NCBI GenBank assembly: GCA_016748015.1
Contig: JAAOMT010000201.1
Span: forward strand, 129,153-193,152
Origin: Geosiphon pyriformis uo1
Taxonomy: Eukaryota; Fungi; Glomeromycota
DNA length: 64,000 nt
Reading direction: 5' to 3'
Below the pieces are notes generated by a model, which saw only the letters and a list, made by a program, of their open reading frames with translations, did no database searches and was not told where the DNA came from. Made by a program: the position numbers and the translations under genes. Below, piece by piece: positions 26,601 to 40,079 of this stretch. Every line of letters starts with the position of its first letter. The stretch's first letter is position 1.

Positions 26601-28923
26601 TTGCCTTGTTGTTTTGGGTAGCCATAGCATTCTCTATAGTAAGGTTTGCAATAATAGTGGGTTCACATCCAGTGGTTTTTGTCTGGCACAATCCAGGCTC
26701 TCATGGAAGAAAGTTTTTTCCCACAGTCTTTGCACTTAAGCAGTATGTATGGTGGTTGTGGCAATGGCTCATGAATGAAGTATGAACAAGTCCAGCCACT
26801 GGTGGTGTTTTTTGTTGATTTGGTTTCTTCTGGTATGTTGTCTTCTCTTTCCTTTCCTTTCCTTTTTTCTTCCCAACTTAGTGTAGGTGGCAACTTATTT
26901 TGGTTGTCATCAATCCAAGTGCCAATGGTGGTTTCCCAGATATGTTTTTTTTTCTGCTTTCCTTTTTCATAGTCGTCTTTATCTTAGGCAAATATGGGCA
27001 GCAGTTCATTGTGGTTAACGTCAGTCCATGAAACCTGATACGCTTTCCATGTTGGTTTCTTTGCTTCCTCCTCAAATTCGATCAGTGGCTACAAATTGGT
27101 TGGTTTAAAGTGACCACATACTGTTGGTGCCCAAGTATGTTGACTGTTTTGGCTCAGTTGAAGCTCTTGTGTCATCCAATCGAATACAGCATTTGTTTTG
27201 GATAGCCAATCATTTCCAATAAGAGCTTGGTACTGAATGGCTTCCATTACAAGGACTTTGATGGGTACTGTAATGCTGTTAATTTTGATAAGTAGGTTGT
27301 CTATTTCGCCTATTGGAGTTTTGGTTACTCCATTAGCTGTAATAATCCTTGCACTGGCAGCTTGATCAACTCAGTGACCTAATTGATCCATGAGTTGCTT
27401 TGTTATAATGCTGCCAGCTGATCCACTATCTAAGATCAGTTTGATGGCATGGCCATTGATTTTGGCATCCGTATACATGACAGTGATTGGCTTTTCTTTA
27501 AAAGCTGCTCCACTAAACAACAGGATTTCAATTATTTCTTCCAAGTCAAAGGAAAAAATGGCCATGAGCAATTTGTTGTTGGTGACAGTTGTTAGTAGTA
27601 TGTTGCTGGTAAGTTTTTGGATTGAATTGGTTTCTGGGTTGCTGGGTGTGGCGTCTTCTGGTGTAACCAGGAGACTTAAATAGTTCTGGAAATTTGGGTT
27701 TTGGGTGACACCGGTATCTGAATTCCGAGAACACAATCCTGATGGTATATTGAAAAAACTGAGAATCAGTTGGTGGACAACCATCACCAATCTCCAGTTT
27801 TGCTGTGTTATTTTCAGTCTTTGGGTTCTATGTTGAGGTAAGTTTTGGGGTGGTGTTTGAATGGTTTGAGGTTAATAGATTACTTGTGGCTGTGGTGGAT
27901 ATATTACAAATGGCTGCAGTTGATATATTGCTGGTGGCTACAATTGATAAACTGGGGTCTGATATACTGGTGCTTGATAAATTGGCTGCTGCATCATTGG
28001 CAGGTAAGTGTTTTAGTATTAATCTTGATTTTGATATTGATTCTGGGTTTGGAATCAGGGATTGGGGTTTTAATGTTGATTTCTCAATTGTCGGTTATAA
28101 GCATTGCAGTTGGCTCTTATGTGACTTTGTTTACCACAGTTGTGGTAGACAAGTGCTTTCTACTGCCATGGTTAATTAATTGATGATGATCAACATGCTT
28201 GATTTTGGAAATGATTGGTGTTTCCCTGATTACTGCATCTTTGGAGAGGTTGATAAATGGTTTGATGGTTGTTAGCTAAGTATCTCTCGATTTTTTGATT
28301 AATGGTATTACTGATTTGCTTCAATTTGGAATCCAAATCAGATGATCCATTCATTACTAAATTTACAGCTTGAGTGTGGTTGGCCTCTAGCTCAGCTGAT
28401 TTGAAATCTCTGGCGTGTGTGACTGCAGCTTAAAGGTTGGCTGGATGTAATAGGTGTATGTGCTGCAAAATGCTATTGCACAGACCACAAATAAACTGGT
28501 TGAGGATCTGAGGTTCTATGAAATACACGGTATCAATGGCTTGAATTTGGTGTAAGACTCTATAAAAGTGTCTTAGGTATGTTGTGACTGCTTCAGTATT
28601 ATTCTGTTTGATTGTGGTGAAAGTATTGGCTAGACAATTAATACTGTTATTGTTGCTAAAATATCCCAGAAAGACAGTTTTGAATTATTAGAATGCTTGT
28701 GGTCTGGTGGCTAAACTCTGGTACTAAAAATTGGCAGTTTCTTTGAAAAAGTATGGTATCACCTGTAGGGCTCTGATGTCATTCCAATTGTTCACTATGA
28801 TGGCCTTGGAGACATCATTGATATATGCTTGAGTGTTATCTTCTTTGCCAGTAAAGTTTTCTAACTTTGTGATGGATGCATAGACTATTTGGTTTATATT
28901 TAGTTGTTGTTGTGATGGCTGTA
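23621..28923 (-). pseudogene. gag-pol: E3 gag C-terminal part, PR, Cys-rich, dUTPase, RT, RNase H
   Basis: ORF 25106-26158 carries all five dUTPase motifs (DAGFDL, RSSLA, IIDAGY, KIAQAI, RGIQRFGST); LILDSGSAG in ORF 27371-27790; RT fragment 24068-24361. Confidence 0.9.
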
Positions 28924-28927
28924 ATGG

Positions 28928-29805
28928 TGTTACTCATAGAAATATAGAAAATATATTAGCATGATTATTAGCCAATCAGAAGTAGGCATAGTAAATATGG
29001 AATTTCAAGATTTCTCTTAGGAATTGCAGGATTCCAGGAATTTCAGGATTCTCCAACAAAGAATCGCAGAATTCCAGAATTTCAGAATTCCTCTCAAAGG
29101 AATCGCAGGATTCCAGGAATTCCAGGATTCCTGTTATGAAGAATCGAGGAATTGAGGAATCTTAATTATGTATATATAGCAATAGGATTAGAAGCTGAAA
29201 AAGCAGATCTTTCAGTTTAGATTTGATCTAAGCAATTTTTCAGTTCCCAATTATCAAATAAATAATTATTTTATACCTCAATCTACTCTCCATTATCAAC
29301 ACTTCATGTTGATAGTAATTGATACTTAAACACACTGGAACAATAGCTTTTGATTATGGCTATTGATGGGATACTAACTTACCAAATCACTTTGGCTTAT
29401 TTTTTTTATTTCATTTTCTTTTCTTTCTTTCTTTTTTTTTCTTGCTTCATGTTGTTTGTTGTTGTATACTAATTGATTAAAAGATTAAGCACTGAGTTAT
29501 TGACATTAAAGATAGCCTGGTAAAAGACCCAGAAATAAGAGTAGGATTTTATATATTATCAGATAGCTTACCAAAAAGGCATGACTGCCAGACTAAATCC
29601 GGCCACCACGCTGAAAAAGAAATTGGAAAAACAACTTGAGAATACAACTTCTATTAACCTTATTAAATCTTTGTTCATTATACAAAGGACTCCATCAAAA
29701 CCTTCAGATACAACACTTTCAGAATATCATCGATGGAAATAGCTTTTGAGCACCAAGTTATGGGTTTGTTAATTAACCAGAGATCCCAAGAATTCAAGTA
29801 TAACA
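28928..29805 (+). repeat. E4 5' LTR (878 bp)
   Basis: Direct repeat of 38174-39034; both copies end TATAACA. Confidence 0.94.
28970..29179 (+). promoter_or_regulatory. Putative LTR promoter: CCAAT box, repeat array, TATA box
   Basis: AGCCAATCAG 28970-28979, GGAATTCC-type repeats, TATATATAG 29171-29179. The TATA-like element sits at the equivalent position in all family A LTRs. Confidence 0.6.
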
Positions 29806-29867
29806 TTTGGTGCTCTCTGTGAGGTATAATCCTACAGAGAACCAGCACCAACAACACCAAACCAAAA

Positions 29868-32800
29868 GTGGCAGAATCAGAAATAATAGGGACAAACCAT
29901 TTAGGATTTGCGAAATTCTTATTTCAATAGTACAACCAGCAGCTAAGCCTAAACAACAACCATTACCCAGCAGAATCAGCTTTCAATTTCTATATCAACA
30001 AAAGAATCACTAATTTTCTAGGAAGACCAGTTGACATTGAATCAGCAAGAGAAAATTTCTATTCGAAACTAATCCAACACACCAACTTACTAAAAAATCA
30101 CAGCTTTGCACTCATTATCAGAGAAATCAACCAAAAAATTGAAAGATATACACAAAAAACATTTTCTATTACTTATCAGGACAAGGGCAAAGGAAAACTA
30201 CAGACACCAATAGTAACACCCAAAAGAATACAAATTCCTAATTGGAAGAAACAAAGAATTGAATCTTTGATATATCCATCATACCATCACACGCCCGGAA
30301 GTACCATCAACATCGCATCAGCAAATGCATTCACCAGTACAAAGACGTCACTAGCAAGAATCACATTTCAGAGTAAACAAAAGAAAAACAAACTATTAGG
30401 AGCATATGACAATTATTTTGAAGGATTTAAATCAAAATTGCCAACACTATTAGAATTTCAATCACCACCTCATCAGCCAGATTTTGGAACCATCAGTCTC
30501 TGGGAAATTACTGAATCAGAAGAAAAAAAAGACAAGGATTAGGAATTTAATTACCAAAACCTGAACATTTAAACTCAACAACATTTAAAAAATTCGGAAA
30601 TTGAAACTCCAAATATTTGAATCCCACCAAATCAAAGAAATCAAAACCCTGAGTTAATTTATTAGCAAAATCTACCTCCAGTTATCGTCATCAATTAACC
30701 ACCAATTGAGCTGATCGGTGAGCCAATTCAGCCATCTCAAGTACCACCCCAACAACCGTTACCTTTTTAACAACTTCAGCAACAGCCATCACAACCACTC
30801 AACTTAGATCCAATGGTCTACGCACCAATCGCAAAACTTGACAACTTTACTGGCAAAGAGAATGATGCTTAAGTATGGTTGAATGATGTAGAAAAGACCA
30901 TCACAGCCAACAGATGGAATAACACCCGAGCAATGCAAGCCATTCCCTACTTTCTCAAGGATACCGCCAATTCATAGTACCAGAGCTTGATTAATAAACC
31001 ACAAGATTTCAATGTCTTCAAAGTGGAATTCCTAAGATACTTCAGCAACAATAACAGTATCAATTGCCTAGTCAACATATTCACCACCATGAAACAAGGA
31101 GAAACGGAAGCTGTTATCACTTACCTGAGATGTTTTCATCAAAATCTGCACTAAATTCAAGCAATTGATGCCAACTATTTCACAGCACCACAAATCCTCA
31201 ACCAGTTTATACGTGGCCTGTGCAGCAGCATCCTGCAACATGTACATCCATTGCATCTAGGCACACTTCAAGATGCAGTCACATGCGCCAAAGATTTTGA
31301 ATCCGCTGAGTCAGAGACCAACCACACCCAAGCCATTAATCTAGTAATGAACGGATCATCTGAATTGGATTCCAAATTGGAGAAGTTTAGTGAATCAATT
31401 AATAAGAGATTAGAAGGATACTTAGCTGACAATCACGCCATTTATCAGCCTCTACAACAACGCAATAATCAAAGAAACTCTAATCATAGCCAAAATCAAC
31501 TACGTCCATCTTCATCAACCAATCAACAGTGGTAACAGAAAATGCGTATCTGCCACTATTGTGATAAACAAGAACATATTCAAATCAACTGCTGCCAGCA
31601 TTTAAATAACCAATGATCGGAAAATCAATATCGAAACCCCAATCACTGGTTCTCAACTCTGAATCATCAATCAAACTCCACACAGTATCAATACTTACCT
31701 CATTATGCACCAATGACGCAGCCATCAATTTATCAACCACCAGTGTATCAAGCTCCAATTTATCAGCCACAGCCACAGGTAATATATCAACTGCAACCGC
31801 CAACAATCTATCAACCCCAAACAATTCAAATCCCATCACAAAACTTACTTGACAGTAGAATCTAAAGACCAAGAATTATGCAGCAAAACTGGAGATTGTT
31901 GATGGTAATTTATTAGCCAATCCCCAGCTCCTTTAATCAAACAGGATCTCGTCAATGGAATTCAGGCGCCAGTCATCCCCAAAACCCGAATTTCCAGGAC
32001 TATTTAAGTCTTCTGGTTACCCCAGAAGATGCCTCACCCAGCAACCAGGAATCTACCCAAAAACAACAAACACTTACCAGCAATATTCCACCAGCAACAG
32101 TCACCAACAACAAATTACTAGCTGCAATCTTCCCATTCGAGATCAAAGAACCATCAAGTACCCCATTATTTAGTGGAGCCGCTCTCGATGAAAAACCCAT
32201 TACTGCAATGTACACAGATGCTAAAGTTGATAGTCAATTTATCAAATTGATCCTTAATAGTGGTTCAGCAGGCAGTATCATCACATGATAACTCATGAAC
32301 CAATTAGGTTGCCAAGTTGATCAAACTGCCAGCACCAGAATCATCACAGCCAATGGAGCAACCAAAATTCCAATTGGCAAAATTGATGACTTCTCTTTTG
32401 AAGTCAATAGCATTATGACTCCCATTAAAGTTTTAGTGAAAGAAGCCACTCAATACCAAGCTTTAGTTGGTAATGACTGGCTATCTAAAGTCAATGCGAC
32501 ATTAGACTGGAACACCCAAGAACTTCAGCTAACATATCAGGGCCAAGACATACATGTACTGGCCACATGTGGCCATTTCAAAACTCCTCCAAGAGAGAAA
32601 CTATTGATCAAACTGGAGGAGGAGAAAGAGAAACCTACCTGGAAAGCTTACCAAGTCTCCTGGGCTGACACCAACCACAACAAACTACCACTGATACTTT
32701 CGTGGAACAACAACTCTAAGGGAAAGCAAAAAGAGGAACTGACCTGGGAAACAGATGATTTGACCTGAACTGACAACGAACAGGAAGAACCATCGAGTTG

Positions 32801-35800
32801 GGAGTGGAAAAAAGAAAAGAGAAAAGGAAAAGAAAGGGAGGAAGAAAACACTCAAGCCAACAACACTTATATCCCATACACCTATAGTCAACAACAATCA
32901 TCGACCTATCACCGATCCAAACTGATATGCATTGATTGCAGCAAGAAATTGTTGTCAATGGGCGCATGCTGTGGTGACGACGAAGAATATCAGATGGCAC
33001 CCAAGTTCTATTGCCACGCATGCCGTGTTAAACATTTTGGAAGACCAAAATGAGTGGGAAAATGGGATAATACACTATGTATAGCCTGTGGAGAAACTTT
33101 TTTCGATGAAGGAATGTGGAACAACATTCCAGGAAGAGGAAAAACGTGCGATGTTTCTTGCCAATACATGATCCTCATCAATGACTGGGTCAAGAAAGAG
33201 ACACCAATAGAAGCCACTTGGAGAAGAGCTATATAGTGACTGGACAGTTGTCCACATAACAACGACAAAATTTGGAGAATGGCAATCACCAAAATAGAAG
33301 GAGCAACACCCGAAGAGATTAGAGAAATCAAAAACAACCCAGCAGAACCCATTGAGCTTGACTGGGATGCAGAGCCAGTCATAAATTTTCTGGAACCAGA
33401 AGAGTTCTATGAACACTACCAAAACTTGGTACCCACTAAAGAAGAGCAAGAACAACGGCTAGCACAGCTGAATACAAGACTGTGTCGCCATTGTTTAATT
33501 CCCAGTGACTTTGAATATTGTGACGATTATGACCTCATTTACAATCTGCCACCATGCATGATCTACACAATCCCCAAAGAGGAAGAACCAATCAGCAATT
33601 GCACATCAGAATCAAAATCGCCAATCAATCGCGATTCAAACTCTGACAATGATGACGACAACAATGGTTCAAGCTTTGTTCAAAATGGCAATGACAATGA
33701 CAATGATTCCAACTCAGATCCAAACTCTGATATAAATTACAAACAATATATTGCACTACCAGATCTCTCCAAGAAGCAGAAGTTGAAATGGTATAGTGAC
33801 AATAGGGAAGGTATCATACCAGAATGCACGCATGATACTAATGTAGGGTTTGATCTGAGATATTCAGGAAAAGATGCCATCAAATTGGAACCACATTTAT
33901 GCACCTGCATTGATCTGAAAGTAGCTTTAGAAATTCCAGCAACAACAATAGTTCAACTAGCATTTAGAAGTAGTTTAGCGAAAAGAGGGATAAACATCAG
34001 AGGAGGAATAATTGATGTGGGATACATAGGAAATATCATTGCTATGCTACAAAACGACTCTGAAAAGACCTATATTATAGAGCCAAATGAAAAGATAGCA
34101 CAGGCAATATTCCTGCCTCTGGTGAAAATAGCACAGTTAGTATTAGTAGAAAATAGAAAGGAATTAGGGATAACAGCAAGAGGGATACAAGAATTTGGAT
34201 CAACAGGTAGAATAAAAGTACCTATTAATATGGTGGAAGAAGAAATTGTTGGCCAAGGAGAAATTATCTCAACTGGTCAAGCTATTTCTATTCCACTATA
34301 TAGCCAGTACATGCTAGCAATAGAAAGAAAGAAAAAAGAACAGAATCAGATTTTTGAAGCAAAACTGACCCTTTGCAAATCAAGAGAGATTGGACTTATT
34401 AATCTCCACATACCAGCCAAAGATTACAACCACATCAAAATTCCCATCTACAACAACACAGAAAATGTCATATTGATACCAGCCGGAACCACCATGGGAT
34501 ACTTAAACACTAAAATAGAGGATCAACCACCAAACCCTATTTCAAACTTTCCATAGCTTTGTGGATATGTCAATATCACATCACAAACAATCTATGGACA
34601 AAACGAATGTTATTTGCTCCACCTAGAACAATTAAAGCAAATGAACATGGGAAATCTAGATTCATTACAATGTATGCAGCTCAAGATATTACTCAACAAT
34701 TTTAATGACATCTTTGCCAGCAAAAACAAATTTGGCAGAACTGACATCATCCAACATTAAATCAAGACAGAAGATGCAATGCCCATCAAACAGTAAGCAT
34801 ACAGAGTACCACCAGCCAGTCATGAAATCATCCGTTAAAAGATCAACTGAATGCTTGACAATGGGTTAATTCAGCCATCAATAAGTCTATGGTCGTCACC
34901 AGTAGTACTTGTCTGTAAGAAAAATAGAAAGATCCGATTTTGTGTGGACTACAGAAAACTAAATAGTGTAACTTGTGGAGACAGCTATCTAACTCCATGG
35001 ATACAAGAACTATTCGATGCTTTTGCTGGAAACAAATGGTTCTCAACATTAGACTTGGACAGTGGTTATTGGCAAGTAGCCATGAATCCAGCTGACAAAG
35101 AAAAAACGGCATTTACCACTAGAAAAGAAAATTTCAAATTTGAAGTGATGCCATTCGGCTTAACCAATGCTCCAGCTACTTTCCAATGGCTAATAGAAAT
35201 TGTTTATACTGGCTTATTGTAGAAATCAGTAGTCATATACTTGGATGATACCAATGTGTTCTTAAAAACATTCGATGATTATCTTCATCATTTTCAACAA
35301 GTGTTCGAAAGACTAAGAAGAGCAGGACTAAAGTTAAATGCAACGAAGTGCTTCTTCGGCAAGACAGAACTAAAATTCTTGGGACACATAGTCAGTAAAG
35401 ATGGCATCAAAACGGATCCAGAGAAAATAGAGATAGTAAAGAACTTTCCAGTACCAACTTATATGACTGAATTAAAATCATTCTTGGGATTCGCAAGTTA
35501 TTATTGATGCTTTATAAAGAACTTTTCAAAAATAGCTCAACCACTCAATAATTTGCAAACCAAGAATACCAAATATGAATGGACAGAAAGTCAACAAAAA
35601 GCTTTTAATATTCTGAAAAGAAAGCTCATTCAAGCTCCAGTACTGATCTCAGATCACAACAAACCATTCATCATTACTACTAATGCATCCAGCCAAGCAT
35701 TGGGAGCAGTACTATCTCAGAAGAGACCAGATGGCAGAGAACATCCAGTAGCATATGCCAGCCGAGATCTAACATCAGCCAAAAAAAACTATGGAACACC

Positions 35801-36036
35801 AGAATTAGAACATTTAGCAATCTATTGGAGTCATGAAGTGGAACAAATACTTGAGCCAAAAGTTTGATATATACACAGATCATAAAGGGTTAACATCGCT
35901 TTAAAAGCAAGAATTTGATGATGGCCACCAATCCAGATAGAAAATGACACTATCACAATATACTTATACTATACACTATAAGAAAGGAAAAGACAACAGA
36001 AATGCTGATGGTTTGTCGCAAATAAGACAAATCTAA
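29868..36036 (+). pseudogene. gag-pol: E4 gag-PR-CysRich-dUTPase-RT-RNaseH, broken
   Basis: Zn knuckle CHYCDKQEHIQINC 31551-31592; dUTPase in ORF 33279-34556; RT LDLDSGYWQV, MPFGLTNAPATFQ, YLDD ~35238-35249; ends LSQIRQI-TAA. Confidence 0.92.
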
Positions 36037-36096
36037 GAACATTTTAACCCAAAAATATAACAAAACCAAAACAATACCAACAAAAAATAACAAAAG

Positions 36097-37480
36097 ATAA
36101 ACAGCCAAAAATATCAACAAATTCAACATTATATAACCACTCAACAGTTCAAGGAGAATTTATCTCAAATAGAATAAAAGAGTATCAAACAACAATCAAA
36201 ATATTTTATCACTCACCAAAATATACTTTATTGGAAAAATAGAAGGGATCCAGATCAACCAACCAGAGTAATTACAGAGCCAGAAAAAAAGACAATATTA
36301 TTCAACATGCACTCAAATCCAACAGCAGGACATTTTCACAAAGAAGCAACCATGGAAAGAACCAGAAAGAGATACTATTGGCCATCAATGTATCCAGACA
36401 TCATCTAATATGTTCAAAATTGTGATGCTTGTCAGAAAAGAGGAGGAACAAGACCCAGTGAACAATTAAAACCAATCAAAGTTGAACAACTATTCGACTG
36501 GATTGGAATTGATTTAGTCAGACCATTAACAATTACCAGTAGAGGAAACAAATATATCGCAGTAGTCATAGACTATCTCACTAAATGGCCAAAGATGAAA
36601 GCAATTCAAAGAGCAGATGCAGAATCTATTGCCGAATTCATTTATCAAGATTTGATCTGTCAACATGGATGTTCAAAAGAACTATTATCAGACCAAAGAA
36701 CCCACTTTATGAATAATACATTAGCAGAATTAAACCAGAGATTCGGAATTAAGAGACCACTATCATCACTATATCATTCACAAACAAATGGTCTAGTTAA
36801 AAGATTTAATAGAACATTGTGTGAAGCAATTGCCAAACTCAGCCAAGAAAACCAGGACAAATAGAATTTGTTCATACTATCAGTATTATTTGCTTATTAA
36901 ACAATAAAACAAGATATTACACAAGCAACACCATTTGAATTAGTATACAGTAGAACAGCAATATTACCAGTAGAGAGAGAAGTTAATACATATTCAGCTA
37001 AACCAATAACAGAAGAGAATTTTCAAAAAACATTGCTAAGAAGAACATATGACTTAATGGAAACATTGGAAAACAAACAAAGAAGAGCAGCTGATAATAT
37101 TCAAAAGTCACAAAAAAAACAAAAAGAAAGACATAATAGTCAATTATCAGACAAACCAATTGAATTCAAGATTGGCGACAAAGTATTACTACATTGTACC
37201 AAAGCAAAAAAACAATGGAGTGGAAAATTCAACCCCAAATGGGATAGATCATTTCACATAGAAGAAATTCTAGGAAATGGAGCTTACAAATTAAGACTAG
37301 ATAACAAAATTTTAATCAAAGCAGCACATGGAGATCGACTGAAACCATACCACAACATCACACCATTATCTATCAATAATATTCTACAATTAGGAGTACA
37401 AAGAATACTAGTCCAACCAGATTAAATTCCACGAAATCTAGAACCAATCATTATTTTGACAACAACACATCAAATTAATC
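36097..37480 (+). pseudogene. int: E4 integrase (separate ORF), broken
   Basis: HHCC finger, LLSDQ, QTNGLVKRFNRTL, ILGNGAYKL..HGDRLKPY. Confidence 0.88.
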
Positions 37481-37532
37481 CATCAAAAGAATATATAAAG
37501 ACATGGTAGACATGACAGGAAATATCAAAAAA

Positions 37533-38160
37533 ATGGAAATTACAGACAACATTCACTCACTAGCACAACAACTCTTTCAATTGATCCAACACCAGGAAAT
37601 AGAGATTACAATCAATCAACAAACCATTTAATATCAAGATACTAGAAAGACATTACAACCCAGAACACAGAAGAAAACTGAAAATACTGTGGACAAAATC
37701 ATTGTAAAAGTAAAATTAGCAATAAGAGAGTCGACAAAAAAGTCACTATATCAAGAGTTGACTGAAGAAACTTGGAATTGGTGAATACAACAATTTCCAT
37801 GAAACTATTGTTATTTTTACTTGGGACAACATGTAAATATCCAGAATCTATACGGACAAAACAAAGTGATTATTTGACAAAAGAATACTACAACAATTAG
37901 AATATTTTGTGAGAAAGAACAACTTATCCACACAGGCCCGAACTATATACCAAATATACACAGCATTTCAGGATAGACTGGAAATATTACTCAACAAAGC
38001 AATGGATATGGTTACCAATAATCAATTGGAAAAAATCACCAATGCTCAATTTGAAGAATTACAGACCCAAATAACACAAGTAATTCTCGAAAATGAAATC
38101 CAGAAAATACTTCAAGAGGGGGAATTAAACCAGTTGGATTTTGATGGAGATCAATATTAA
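37533..38160 (+). pseudogene. E4 ORF3, stops plus one frameshift
   Basis: ATG 37533 (MEITDNIHSLAQQLFQLIQ..); C-terminus equals ORF 37909-38160; stop abuts the PPT. Confidence 0.7.
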
Positions 38161-38173
38161 GAGGAGGGAATAA

Positions 38174-39034
38174 TGTTACTCATAGAAATATAGGAAATAT
38201 ATTATCATGATTATTAGCCAATCAGAATTAGGCGTAGTAAATGTGAAATTCTAGGATTCCTCTCAGGAATTACAGAATTCTAGGAATTTCAGGATTCCTT
38301 GACAAGGAATCGCAGAATTCCAGAATTCCAGGATTTCTCTCAAAAAAATTGCAGAATTCCTGTTGTGAAGAATTGAGGAATTGAGGGATCTCAATTATGT
38401 ATATATAGCAGTAGGATTAGAAGCTGAAAAAGCAGACCTTTCAGTTTAAATTTGATCTAAGCAACCTTTCAGTTCCCAATTATCAAATAAATAATTATTT
38501 TATATCTCAATCTACTCTCCACTATCAACACTTCATGTTGATAGTAATTAATACTTAAACACACTGAAACAATAGCTCTTGATTACGGCTATTGATGGGA
38601 TACTAACTTATCAAATCGTCTTGGCTTATTTTTTTTATTTCATTTTCTTTTCTTTCTTTCTTTTCTTTTCTTGCTTCATGTTGTTTGTTGTTGTATACTA
38701 ATTGATTAAAAGATTAAGCACTGAGTTATTGACATTAAGAATAGCCTGGTAAAAGACCCAGAAATAAGAGTAGGATTTTATATATTATCAGATAGCTTAC
38801 CAGAAAGACACGACTGCCAAACTAAATTCGGCCACCATGCTGAAAAAGAAATTAGGAAAACAACTTAAAAATACAATCCCTATTAACCTTATTGAATCTC
38901 TGTTCATCATATAAAGGATTCCATCAAAACCTTCAGATACAACACTTTCAGAATATCATCGATGGAAATAGCTTTTGAGCACCAAGTTACAGATTTGTTA
39001 ATTGACCAGAGACTCCAAGAATTCAAGTATAACA
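38174..39034 (+). repeat. E4 3' LTR (861 bp)
   Basis: Follows the PPT, matches the 5' LTR, followed by TSD ATGA. Confidence 0.94.
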
Positions 39035-39038
39035 ATGA

Positions 39039-40016
39039 TTGTTGTTGTAGTAGTGGTTGCTGAGATGGTTTTTGTGGCTGTTGGATTTGTGGATTTGGTT
39101 GTTGAGGTGGCTGCTGAATGGGTTTGACTATCAGATCAATTAGTAAGTAATCGATAATGATATTTGGAGGTACGTTTGGCTAATTAATTAAATTGGGGTT
39201 CTGATTGTTTTGATTTTGCTGAGTTCTAATATTCGGAGTTTCAATTTCCGGATTTTCTATGTTTGGATTTCACAGAGTTTGAATGTTCGGGGTTCCGAAT
39301 TCTAAGTTTTCTGAGATCAGGTTTTGGTAAGTGAATCTTTGATCTTCACTTCCTTTCTCTTCTTCCTCTGATAATTTCTATGGAGTAGCAGCTCTGAAAT
39401 CTGGTTGGAGTAGTGGTAATCGAATTCCTGATGGTGTTAGGGATCATGATTTAAATCCTTCAAAATATGCACTATATGGTCCTGGTAAGTCTTCTTTCTG
39501 TTGTTTGCTTTGGAACTGAAATCTTCCAAATGTTGATGTTGCATTTAATGTGGACGCATCTGCTGATGAAATGTTGATGGTGCTTCCAGGTGTGTAGTAA
39601 TATAATGGAGTGGTTGGTAATTCTACTCTGTATTTCTTCCAACTAAGTAACTGTATTCTTTTTGGTGTTGCTGCTGGTGTTTGTATTCTTCTTTTACCTT
39701 TGTCTGCATAGGTAATGGGAAATTGTTGTTGCATGTATCTTTCAATAGTTTGATTGATTTTTCTGATAATTGAGGTGAAACTGTAATTTCTTGGTAAGCT
39801 GGTGTGTTAAAATAATTCTGTATAGAAATTTTTTCTTGCTGACTCGATATTAATGGTTCCTTCTAAACAGTCTGTAATTTTATTGTTGACGTAATAGTTG
39901 AAAGCTGATTCAGCTAGATAGTAATTACTGTTTAATCCTAATTGTTGACTGTATTGTTAAAACAAAGATTTTGCAAATTCTAAGTGGTTGGCTCCTATAA
40001 TTTCTGATTCTGCTAC
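39039..40016 (-). pseudogene. gag: E3 gag N-terminal part
   Basis: QQQFPITYADKGK..QTPAATPKRIQ homologous to the other gag N-termini; rejoins 28923 across E4. Confidence 0.85.
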
Positions 40017-40079
40017 ATTTAGATAGTGTGTTGTTGGTGCTGGTTCTTTGTAAGATTATACTTCACAGAGAGCACCAAA

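Larger units (their letters stand above)
28928..39034 (+). mobile_element. E4: full-length Ty3/gypsy element (family A) nested antisense in the E3 gag
   Basis: LTRs 28928-29805 and 38174-39034, TSD ATGG/ATGA, PBS 29808-29824, PPT AAGAGGAGGGAATAA 38159-38173. Confidence 0.94.

Noticed and set aside
27371-27800. Programmed gag-pol frameshift
   Set aside because: The gag tail and protease are in one frame in E3 (ORF 27371-27790) and E6 (ORF 62775-63857).
29000-29160. CRISPR-like array or canonical heat-shock element
   Set aside because: No unique spacers or cas genes; only two-pentamer TTCnnGAA matches, not a full HSE.
29808-29824. tRNA gene
   Set aside because: Only a 17-nt complement of a tRNA 3' end (the PBS); no cloverleaf.
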